A stretch of DNA of 32,000 bases from NCBI GenBank assembly GCA_963704755.1, contig OY969938.1:2820001-2852000 (forward strand), given 5' to 3'. This DNA comes from an uncultured Chloroflexia bacterium (GTDB lineage: Bacteria > Chloroflexota > Anaerolineae > Anaerolineales > Anaerolineaceae). Made by a program: the position numbers and the translations under genes. The notes under the pieces are model-generated. The model did no database searches. It was not told where the DNA came from and saw only the letters and a list, made by a program, of their open reading frames with translations. Positions 24,763-32,000 of this stretch are shown here, one piece after another; the stretch's first letter is position 1; every line of letters starts with the position of its first letter.

Positions 24763-26265
24763 ATGCTGCTCACAGTGCTGATCGTAATCATCGCCGTTCT
24801 CATTTTTGTCGCAGCTTTTATACTGGCTCGAACCAGCATGTTCCTGCGCCCGATCGAACCGGTTGAACCGGTCGAACTGCCCGAGGTCAACGCGGATCTC
24901 ATCGCGGGTCACCTGGCGGCTACCATCCGCTGCAAGACGATCTCACTGGGAGAAGATATTCCCCAGGACCGGGCCGCCTTCCGTGAGCTGCACACTACCC
25001 TGGAGACCCTGTATCCGCGCGTGCACGCCACCTTACAAAAAGAGATCATTTCCGACTACAGCCTGCTGTATACCTGGAAAGGCACTAACCCGGACTTGCT
25101 GCCGGTGATGTTTTGCGCCCACCAGGATGTCGTCCCGGCCGACCCGGACACGCTGGACCAATGGGACCATGATCCCTTCTCGGGCGACGTGGCCGACGGA
25201 TTCGTGTGGGGCCGCGGCAGCCTGGACATCAAAGTGCAGATGATCGGGGTCTTGGACGCGGTCGAATACCTGATCAAGCACAATTTCACCCCCGAACGTA
25301 GCATTTACCTGGCTTTTGGCCAGGATGAAGAGATTGGCGGCAAGAACGGCGCGGCCAAGATCGCCGAATTTTTGCAGAGCCGCGGTGAGCGCCTGGAAGC
25401 CGTATTGGACGAAGGCGGCGCTATTTTGGACGGCACCCTGCCCGGCTTGAACAGCCCGGCCGCCATGGTCGGCGTAGGCGAAAAAGGGTACCTGTCGCTG
25501 ATCCTGCGGGTGACCCAGACCCCCGGCCATTCTTCCACCCCGCCGGCCAGTTCGGCCATTGGCATCCTTTCGCGGGCCATCCAGAAAGTGGAAGACCACC
25601 CGATGCACGCCAATTTGAACCCGATCCGCGAGACCTACCGCCAGTTAGGCCCGGCCGCCTCCACCGGGTTGCAAATGATTTTTGCGAATTTATGGCTGTT
25701 CGGCGGCATCCTGCGCAAGCGCATGGAAGCCTCGCCGCAGACCAACGCCACCATCCGCACCACCACCGCCGTGACCATGATCAAGGGCGGCATCAAAGAC
25801 AATATTTTGCCGCAAAAGGCCGAAGCGGTGGTCAATTTACGCCTCATGCCGGGCGATACCATCGCGGACGTGTGCGATTACCTGCGTAAAGTCATCGATG
25901 ACGAGAATGTTGAACTGGAGACGATTGCCGATGGCGCCTGGGAGGCTTCCCCCTGGTCCACGACCGAGGGCAATGCGTTTCGCCTGCTGGATCATGCTAT
26001 CCGCCAGGTCTATCCGGGTGTCGAAGTCGCCCCTTACCTGGTGTACGGCGCCACCGACGCGCGCTATTACGCTTCGATTTCCGACCAGGCCTTTCGCTTT
26101 ACCCCGCTCTTCCTGGAAAGCGAAGACCTGCACCGCATGCATGGCATCAACGAAAAAGTCCACGTCGAATCGCTGGGCACGATGGTGCAGTTCCTTATCC
26201 ACCTGATGCAGGTCTGGGCCGGTCCGGCCGAAGAGGATTCTGAAACGGAAGCGGAAGAAAATTAA
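24763..26265 (+). CDS. Membrane-anchored M20-family metallopeptidase (carboxypeptidase-like)
   Basis: 500 aa. N-terminal TM helix, then AHQDVVPAD, GRGSLDIKVQ, FGQDEEIGG and VLDEGG, which are the M20/M25/M40 metal-binding motifs. Confidence 0.85.
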   Translation: MLLTVLIVIIAVLIFVAAFILARTSMFLRPIEPVEPVELPEVNADLIAGHLAATIRCKTISLGEDIPQDRAAFRELHTTLETLYPRVHATLQKEIISDYSLLYTWKGTNPDLLPVMFCAHQDVVPADPDTLDQWDHDPFSGDVADGFVWGRGSLDIKVQMIGVLDAVEYLIKHNFTPERSIYLAFGQDEEIGGKNGAAKIAEFLQSRGERLEAVLDEGGAILDGTLPGLNSPAAMVGVGEKGYLSLILRVTQTPGHSSTPPASSAIGILSRAIQKVEDHPMHANLNPIRETYRQLGPAASTGLQMIFANLWLFGGILRKRMEASPQTNATIRTTTAVTMIKGGIKDNILPQKAEAVVNLRLMPGDTIADVCDYLRKVIDDENVELETIADGAWEASPWSTTEGNAFRLLDHAIRQVYPGVEVAPYLVYGATDARYYASISDQAFRFTPLFLESEDLHRMHGINEKVHVESLGTMVQFLIHLMQVWAGPAEEDSETEAEEN

Positions 26266-26290
26266 CTAAAAAAGTTAAAAGCATTCATTT

Positions 26291-26345
26291 GGGGTGTTTT
26301 TATTATTTTCGCGTGCATTGCACGCGAAAATAATAAAAACACCCC
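26291..26345. terminator. Bidirectional terminator-like hairpin (27-bp perfect stem) between convergent genes
   Basis: GGGGTGTTTTTATTATTTTCGCGTGCA-t-TGCACGCGAAAATAATAAAAACACCCC. Lies between the stops at 26265 (+) and 26375 (-). Confidence 0.6.
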
Positions 26346-26374
26346 TCTTCTTTGCGGTAACGGAGTGGTTACCT

Positions 26375-27961
26375 TTAATTCTTCATCAGCGAATAGGTAA
26401 CCATCCCGTCGTCGAACTTGACCAGGCGCGGGATGTTATCGTCCGGGACGGCGAACCAGGCGGCCTGGCTGCCCAGGTTGATTTCACGGGCGTCGTAGGT
26501 CCCGGCCGGCAGGTCGAGGGTTTCGAACGCGCCGACCTTGAGTGTCTCATCGTCGATAGTGGGGACAGACCGTTTAAGCTGGTCGTCGTAGGAAAGCAGC
26601 CGCACGAAAGGCGCTTTGAAGGTATCCCCGTTGTTGGCCTGCAACGCGGCCGTGCGCCAGGCCCACTCGTAATCCATCAGGTATGGCTCGCTGACCTCCA
26701 GGGTATCGGATTCGCCCTGGCTGGCGACAGTCAGCCGGCCGTTTTCCAGGCCGGCCTGGTAGCCGTTACCGTCATTGGATTCGTTTTCGAATTGGTAGGC
26801 CAGCAGGTTCAGGCTGGTCGCGTCCCAACTGGCCGACCAGCGAGTGGAGTGCTGGTTGTCTTTGTAATAGCTGTTTCCAAGGGATATTTCGTAGGCCTGG
26901 ATGGAATCTTCACAGCTTAAAGAAAATGTCTCGTTCTGGGGCGTGAGCCGGCAGGTCATTTCGCCGACAACATCCCCGGCCCGGTTGGTGATCTGGTAGG
27001 TGCTTTCGATCGGCCGCTCGATCTTGGGCGGGAAGTAGCTCAAGTCTTTGGTCGTACCGATGCCGAGGGTCGAGGCGTATACGGTCAGGATGGCCACCGC
27101 CAGGTACAGCGCGCCGGCTCCGATCAATGGCCAGTAAGTGCCAAACCAGGAGGAACTTTTTTCTGCCGGGATGGGCTCTCCGGTTGGGATGGCCTCATCC
27201 GCCGTCTGCGCCGGCAGGGGGTGCAGCTTGCGGATTACCAGCAGGATCACGATGGTGGTGACCAACCCGCCCAGGGCGGTCCAGAGCGAGACGATGCCCA
27301 GGCCGGCCGGGCTGCCCTGCAGGTAAGCCAGGGTATTGGCTGCACTGGTGGCGTTGATGCCCAGGTGGATCAGCATGCTGGCATACAGAGAATTGGTCCG
27401 CCAGGCGACATAACTGAGGATCAGCGCGATCGGGATCAACCCGGGCAGCCCCGAAACGCGGAAGTGGTAGAAGGCGAACATCGTAGCGGTGATCAGGATG
27501 GCGAACAGGGTGGAATGGCGGGATTGGTACGCCCCCTGGATCGTTCCGCGGAAAAGGGTCTCCTCACCCAGCGGGGCGAATACCGCCAGGGCCAGGAAGT
27601 ACAAAATCGAATCGAAGATTCCCGTGGGAAGCGATGATTCGGTGATCGGCACGGTTTGCATACCGGTGACCTGGGCCATGATGCCCTCGATGATTGCGCT
27701 GAAAAGGAAAGTGGCGATCCCCAGGGCCAGGCACAAAACCGCGGTCAGCGGGGAGATAGGATTGAGGCGCAGCCCATCTTTCAAGGGGATATGGCGGGCG
27801 CGCAAGAATAGCAGCGCCGGCAGCAGGATCAGGAAAAGTTCGGTTGCAATCAGGCCGGCCGAGAGGTTCCAGGCCTGGACCAGCGAGCCAAATGTAATCA
27901 CCAGCAGCATGGTGAGTAGGAATAAAACGTTGGCGCTTTTGAGCGATAAAGATTTGTTCAT
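26375..27961 (-). CDS. CPBP-family intramembrane glutamic endopeptidase fused to a roughly 260-aa C-terminal non-membrane domain
   Basis: 528 aa. CPBP motifs GEETLFRG, FAFYHF and HLGINA lie in a polytopic N-terminal half. After a further TM segment comes a soluble-looking beta-rich domain that I do not recognise. Confidence 0.8.
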   Translation of the reverse strand: MNKSLSLKSANVLFLLTMLLVITFGSLVQAWNLSAGLIATELFLILLPALLFLRARHIPLKDGLRLNPISPLTAVLCLALGIATFLFSAIIEGIMAQVTGMQTVPITESSLPTGIFDSILYFLALAVFAPLGEETLFRGTIQGAYQSRHSTLFAILITATMFAFYHFRVSGLPGLIPIALILSYVAWRTNSLYASMLIHLGINATSAANTLAYLQGSPAGLGIVSLWTALGGLVTTIVILLVIRKLHPLPAQTADEAIPTGEPIPAEKSSSWFGTYWPLIGAGALYLAVAILTVYASTLGIGTTKDLSYFPPKIERPIESTYQITNRAGDVVGEMTCRLTPQNETFSLSCEDSIQAYEISLGNSYYKDNQHSTRWSASWDATSLNLLAYQFENESNDGNGYQAGLENGRLTVASQGESDTLEVSEPYLMDYEWAWRTAALQANNGDTFKAPFVRLLSYDDQLKRSVPTIDDETLKVGAFETLDLPAGTYDAREINLGSQAAWFAVPDDNIPRLVKFDDGMVTYSLMKN

Positions 27962-28020
27962 GGTAACCTTCTATGAATATGTTGCAAAACGGGGAATTGC
28001 GCAGCTAAATGGGGTGAAAC

Positions 28021-28075
28021 CCCGAAATCGAGGTGTTTTCAGGAGCGAAGCTCCTGAAAACACCTCGATTTCGGG
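28021..28075. repeat. Perfect 26-bp-stem palindromic element, related to the hairpin at 1351-1403
   Basis: CCCGAAATCGAGGTGTTTTCAGGAGC-gaa-GCTCCTGAAAACACCTCGATTTCGGG. Lies upstream of the CPBP gene start, so it is not that gene's terminator. Confidence 0.8.
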
Positions 28076-28159
28076 AATTCTTTATAAGCAGAAAAGTTTC
28101 CCAATATGCTTTTTCCACCTGTATTATTTACGGAAAATCAGGCAGGTTCGTTGCATTTG

Positions 28160-28547
28160 CCCCATCCCCGGCCCATTCCGGAATGGGCCGGGGATGGGGG
28201 CTTTCTGAGCCCCTCTCCCGTTTCTGGGAGAGGGGTTGGGGTGAGGGTGAAGGCGCCGGCCGTACAAAAAACTGTTGGGTTACGGGCAAAGCCTGGTAAA
28301 AACGAAAGCCCCTGCGTATGCCGGCGTTATCAAAGAGCCCGCAACCCAACCTACACACTGCGCCGCTTCCCTCCAAATCAGGTTTTGATTTGGGGGGAAG
28401 GGCTAAATTCCTCCCCTAAAATCTGCACTTTGGATTTTGGGGGAGGTTAGGAGGAGGCAAAGAGCGCCGGACGAAACAGCAAGTGAGCTGGTCGTCCAGC
28501 GCCTCACCCTCATCCCCCGGCCCCTTCCCCCAGAGCAGGGGAAGGGG
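28160..28547. repeat. Cluster of G/C-rich palindromic repeats plus one short member of the GTTGGGTT(A/G)CGGGC family
   Basis: Loop-less 40-bp perfect palindrome at 28160-28199. CCCCTCTCCC-gtttct-GGGAGAGGGG followed by TTGGGGTGAGGGTGA at 28210-28250. GTTGGGTTACGGGC...GAGCCCGCAACCCAACCTAC at 28274-28354. Hairpins at 28366-28400 and about 28409-28447. TCACCCTCATCCCCCGG followed by CCCCTTCCCC-cagagca-GGGGAAGGGG at 28504-28547. Confidence 0.8.
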
Positions 28548-28847
28548 AGCTTGGTTCTGCTCACCGGTGGGAAGCGGATGAAGGGAAATCGAGTTGATCC
28601 GGTTCGATATTCTCTGCATTGAAGTACCTGAATTTGTAGATAGCCCTACGGAAATACGCCCGCCGGTCACGGTTCCCTGCTGCCTGGTTTATAATCCATT
28701 CTGGTAGCTGTTCGGCCTACGGGTAAGAAAACCGAATTTCCCTCAAATTCGGGGACTTTTTCAGAAAGCCCTGAGTGGTTACCTATCCTTTACAAAGAAG
28801 CTGTCCGAAATTTAGTTCTCGGGCAGATACCGAGGACATAAATTTCC

Positions 28848-30035
28848 ATGCCCATTCCTGATCGACGTTCCGTCCTGGTGATTTCCTGCCTGATCTTCCT
28901 CTCGCTGGGAATATTTACCGCGGCCCTGGGGCCACTTCTGCCGGAGTTTTCCAGCAATAATGGGGTCTCGCTGGCAGCCATGGGCTCGATTTTTACCGCC
29001 ATTTTTCTAGGGGCGCTGGTCGCGCAACTGGCCGCGGGCGCCCTTTCCGACCGGGTGGGTCAGATGCCGGTGCTGGTCGGTGCTGCGCTGCTGTTGGCGA
29101 TTGGCAGTGCCAGCCTGTCCTTCAGCCATTCCTTTGTGCTCACCCTCGCGCTGACCTTTTTGGCCGGCCTGGGCCACGGCGCGGTAGATTTGAGCACCAA
29201 TGTGCTCATCGCGCGGACCTACTCCGACCGCAGCGTTTCGGCCCTAAACCTGCTCAACCTGTTCTTCGGGATCGGCGCCTTCGCCGGGCCGGCCCTTTCC
29301 GGTTTGTTCTTCGGCTGGCTGGGCAGCGGGCTGCCGGTGTTGTGGCTGGTGGCGCTCTTGCTGCTGGGCCAGACGGTCTTCGTCATGCGCGCCCGCGGCC
29401 AAGAGGTTGTCACCCAGCCTTCGAGCGCGGCAGCCCGGGTGCGGCCGCGGCTTTATCATTCGACCGCGCTGTGGCTGTTTGCGGCCATGCTGCTGCTCTA
29501 CGTGGGCGCCGAGAATGGTATCTCGGGCTGGATCACGACCTATATGCAGAAGACCACCGCCATGGCTTACGAGACGGCCACCCTGATCGCCTCTACCTTC
29601 TGGATCGCGTTGACGGGCGGGCGGCTGGTGGGAGCCCTGGTCGGGATGCGTTGGAGCGCACAGCGGGTGCTCTCGTTTACCCTGGCCGGCGCCCTGGTTG
29701 GGGGAGTCGTCCTGGCGGCCGGTACGGGTGTCAATTTCGTGACCATCGTCGGGGTCGTCATCACCGGTTTTTGCTTTGGCTCGGTCTTCCCGACGGTGAT
29801 TTCGATGACCACCGGCACGTTTTCGGACAACCCCGGTGAAGCCGTGGGAGTGGTCACGGCCGCCGGCAGCATTGGCGGCATGGTCATCCCCTGGACACAG
29901 GGACTGCTGCTGGAGCAGGTCTCCGCGCGGGTTTCGATGAGCGCCATCGCGCTGATTATTGCCCTGCTGGTGGCCGTATTTGTAGGTTTGCAAGTCCACG
30001 GGCGCAGCCCGGTCGGCCAGCCGGAGCGGGGCTGA
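28848..30035 (+). CDS. MFS transporter
   Basis: 395 aa, about 12 predicted TM helices, with a GALSDRVGQ motif in loop 2-3. Confidence 0.85.
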   Translation: MPIPDRRSVLVISCLIFLSLGIFTAALGPLLPEFSSNNGVSLAAMGSIFTAIFLGALVAQLAAGALSDRVGQMPVLVGAALLLAIGSASLSFSHSFVLTLALTFLAGLGHGAVDLSTNVLIARTYSDRSVSALNLLNLFFGIGAFAGPALSGLFFGWLGSGLPVLWLVALLLLGQTVFVMRARGQEVVTQPSSAAARVRPRLYHSTALWLFAAMLLLYVGAENGISGWITTYMQKTTAMAYETATLIASTFWIALTGGRLVGALVGMRWSAQRVLSFTLAGALVGGVVLAAGTGVNFVTIVGVVITGFCFGSVFPTVISMTTGTFSDNPGEAVGVVTAAGSIGGMVIPWTQGLLLEQVSARVSMSAIALIIALLVAVFVGLQVHGRSPVGQPERG

Positions 30036-30048
30036 AAGGGGTGTTTGG

Positions 30049-30705
30049 GTGGCGGCTCGTATTCAACGTTTTGAAACAATCCCTTACGCCTCTCAATTTG
30101 CCAGCCCGGAATTGATCGAAGCCCTGGCCGAAAAGAAACTCGATCCGCGCCTGGACCCACGCTGGGCGGAAAGCGGCGCGGACACCGCCGAGGAGTACGC
30201 CTACTGGTGTACCCGTGCCTGCGGGGTAGCCTGCGTCAAGATGATTGTTGAGGCGCTGGGTGGGCCGGAGCAATCGCTGGTGGCCTGGGCGCAGGCCGGC
30301 GCCGCGGCCGGCGGCTATCTGAGCGAACTGCGCCCGGACGGCTCCAGCGCCGAACGCGGCTGGCTGCACAGCGCCCTGGCGGACCTGATCCGCGCGCAGG
30401 GCTTTTGGGCCGAGCCGCGGGCCGCGACCCTGGCCGATTTTCCCGATTACCTGCGCCAGGGCGTTCTGCTGATCGCCTCCGCCTCTTACGAAATCGGCTC
30501 ATCCCGGCCGGTCACCCGCAAGGGCGGCCACCTGGTGGTAGTTTACGGCATCGAGCTCGAACAGGATGCGGTCAGCATGGTGATCCTGAACAACCCCTCC
30601 GGACGGACGGAAGCCCTGCGCGGCGGCGCGCGCATCCCGGCCGGGCGCTTCGCAGAGGCTTTCAGCGGCCGGGTCATCCTGGCCGGCAAAGCTCCACGAG
30701 ACTAA
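30049..30705 (+). CDS. Papain-like (C39-like) cysteine peptidase domain protein
   Basis: 218 aa. CTRACGVACVKM (candidate catalytic Cys) and GGHLVVVYG (candidate His), spaced as in C39-like peptidase domains. Start codon uncertain (GTG). Confidence 0.5.
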   Translation: MAARIQRFETIPYASQFASPELIEALAEKKLDPRLDPRWAESGADTAEEYAYWCTRACGVACVKMIVEALGGPEQSLVAWAQAGAAAGGYLSELRPDGSSAERGWLHSALADLIRAQGFWAEPRAATLADFPDYLRQGVLLIASASYEIGSSRPVTRKGGHLVVVYGIELEQDAVSMVILNNPSGRTEALRGGARIPAGRFAEAFSGRVILAGKAPRD

Positions 30706-30870
30706 ATTCGAATTTGATATATTTGCGGGCTGCACCTCGCAAATACCCCAATTTGGATTCGTATTCATTGGCTCGGGCAGCGGCCTGGGTTTGAAAAGCT
30801 GCTGTTCTACGCCCCAAGCAATCACCCGCCGGGGCTGAAAAAGCGGGCTATTTGTGGTGTAAAATCTTAA

Positions 30871-31839
30871 TTGCCTGAACATTTCGATGCTGTTCAATGG
30901 TTCCCGCTGATGCTCATCATTTTAATGATTGTCCTGGTTCTCCTGATTATCCTGGCAGCGGCCGGCTATTACCTCATGCGCCAGGCGCTCTACCCGCAGA
31001 CCGTACCCTACATCAAGTCCTACGCGCTGGAGGTGGAGAACGGCCGCCTGGACGAGGCCGCTTACCTGGCCTGGGAAAAAGAGGACGTGGCGATCCAATC
31101 CCCGGCCGGTTACCGCCTGCGTGGTACCTACTTTCCCCTGCCGGGGGCTCAACGCACGATTATCCTCGTCCACGGTATTTCCTATACCCGACTGGGCATG
31201 ATGAAGTACATGCCCATGTTCCGCCGGCGCGGCTATAACGTGCTGATGTACGACCAGCGTTATCATGGAATGAGCGGCGGGCGCAATACATCCTTCGGCT
31301 TCCACGAGAAGTTCGACCTCAAAGCGGCCGTGGATTGGGCCCTGCAACGGCTGGGACCGGGTGGGCTGGTCGCTACCATGGGTGAATCATTGGGTGCGGC
31401 GACCTGTTTGCAGCATGCCGCCATAGACCCGCGCCTGGCCTTTGTGATCGCCGATGCCGCCTACGCCGACCTGTACGATGAACTGGCTTTGCGCCTGCGG
31501 GTGGACTATCACCTGCCGGGTTTTCCCCTGTTACCGGCGGCCGGCCTGTTCTTCCGTCTGGATGCCGGGTTTTATATTTCCCAGGTGAACCCCGCGCGCG
31601 ATGTGGCCCAAATGGAGCTGCCGGTTTTCTTCGTCCATGGCCAGCAGGATGCCTATATCCCGATGGAGCACAGCCAGCGCCTGTACCAGGCCAAGGCGCA
31701 CGGGCTGCGCCGGTTATACCTGGCGCCCAATGCCGACCACGTCGAATCTTACTGGACTGATCCGGAAGAATACGACCGCCAGGTCGGCGAATTTCTGGAT
31801 CAGGTCTTCGAACCTGCGGCGGTTAGCACTGCCGGTTGA
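30871..31839 (+). CDS. Membrane-anchored alpha/beta-fold hydrolase
   Basis: 322 aa. N-terminal TM helix, HG oxyanion motif (ILVHGIS), nucleophile elbow GESLG, FVHGQQD and a late ADH. The start is either TTG 30871 or the in-frame ATG 30910. Confidence 0.8.
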   Translation: MPEHFDAVQWFPLMLIILMIVLVLLIILAAAGYYLMRQALYPQTVPYIKSYALEVENGRLDEAAYLAWEKEDVAIQSPAGYRLRGTYFPLPGAQRTIILVHGISYTRLGMMKYMPMFRRRGYNVLMYDQRYHGMSGGRNTSFGFHEKFDLKAAVDWALQRLGPGGLVATMGESLGAATCLQHAAIDPRLAFVIADAAYADLYDELALRLRVDYHLPGFPLLPAAGLFFRLDAGFYISQVNPARDVAQMELPVFFVHGQQDAYIPMEHSQRLYQAKAHGLRRLYLAPNADHVESYWTDPEEYDRQVGEFLDQVFEPAAVSTAG

Positions 31840-32000
31840 GGCAGATAGCCATTGGTATTTTCACCTCTTGGCTCATGAAAAAAGTTTTGGGTTTTAGCAG
31901 TTCCACTGTCGCACAAAAATTAGATTATTGGGGATAATCAACCTTTCGTTGACTTGAACCGGAAAGCACAGGAAATCCCATGAATAAATTTAGAGCACTG

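Noticed and set aside
26294-26920. 208-aa plus-strand ORF overlapping the 3' part of the CPBP gene
   Set aside because: It is antisense to a gene with clear catalytic motifs and begins inside the terminator palindrome. No motif supports it.
28033-28670. ORFs 28033-28299, 28106-28450, 28128-28376(-), 28416-28670(-) and 28437-28622
   Set aside because: They are encoded entirely by the G/C-rich palindromic repeats (peptides such as PLSRFWERGWGEGEG) and overlap one another on both strands. This looks like repeat read-through rather than genes.
31980-32000. ATG at 31980 (MNKFRAL...) that may open a new + strand gene at the right edge
   Set aside because: Only 7 codons are visible, which is too little to support a call.

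Overview
This window holds a monoderm-style (Bacillus fla/che-like) flagellar and chemotaxis locus, all on the + strand, followed by a repeat-rich junction and unrelated housekeeping or accessory genes. No L-ring or P-ring genes are present.

Gene order is: ORF tail, cheX, cheX, cheW, four tandem flagellin genes, fliD, flaG, fliS, flgC, fliE, fliF, fliG, fliH, fliI, fliJ, an SLT lytic transglycosylase, flgB, fliK, flgD, a small flagellar-operon protein, flgE, a FliK-like protein and a stand-alone FlhB-C-terminal-like protein. Downstream lie an M20 peptidase (+), a CPBP protease fusion (-), an MFS transporter, a C39-like peptidase and an alpha/beta hydrolase (all +).

Main observations:
1. The flagellin array has near-identical termini, divergent cores and a conserved leader. 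The leader carries a GGA-loop hairpin plus a GGA-containing Shine-Dalgarno, which looks like a CsrA/FliW-type translational operator.
2. Three textbook sigma-28 promoters (TAAA-N15-GCCGA) lie before flagellin-1, flagellin-4 and fliS.
3. Four axial-protein genes (flagellin-1, fliD, flgB, flgE) are each broken by a single-nucleotide indel. This is either real decay or assembly error.
4. flgB sits in a non-canonical position.
5. A FliK-like/FlhB-C-like pair closes the operon.
6. Nested palindromic MITE-like repeats with 21-bp perfect terminal inverted repeats, and several families of very long perfect hairpins, flank a two-gene block.

All protein calls rest on motif recognition from the supplied translations. 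No database search was possible. The source may be a Chloroflexota-like or other monoderm organism, but that is only a guess.
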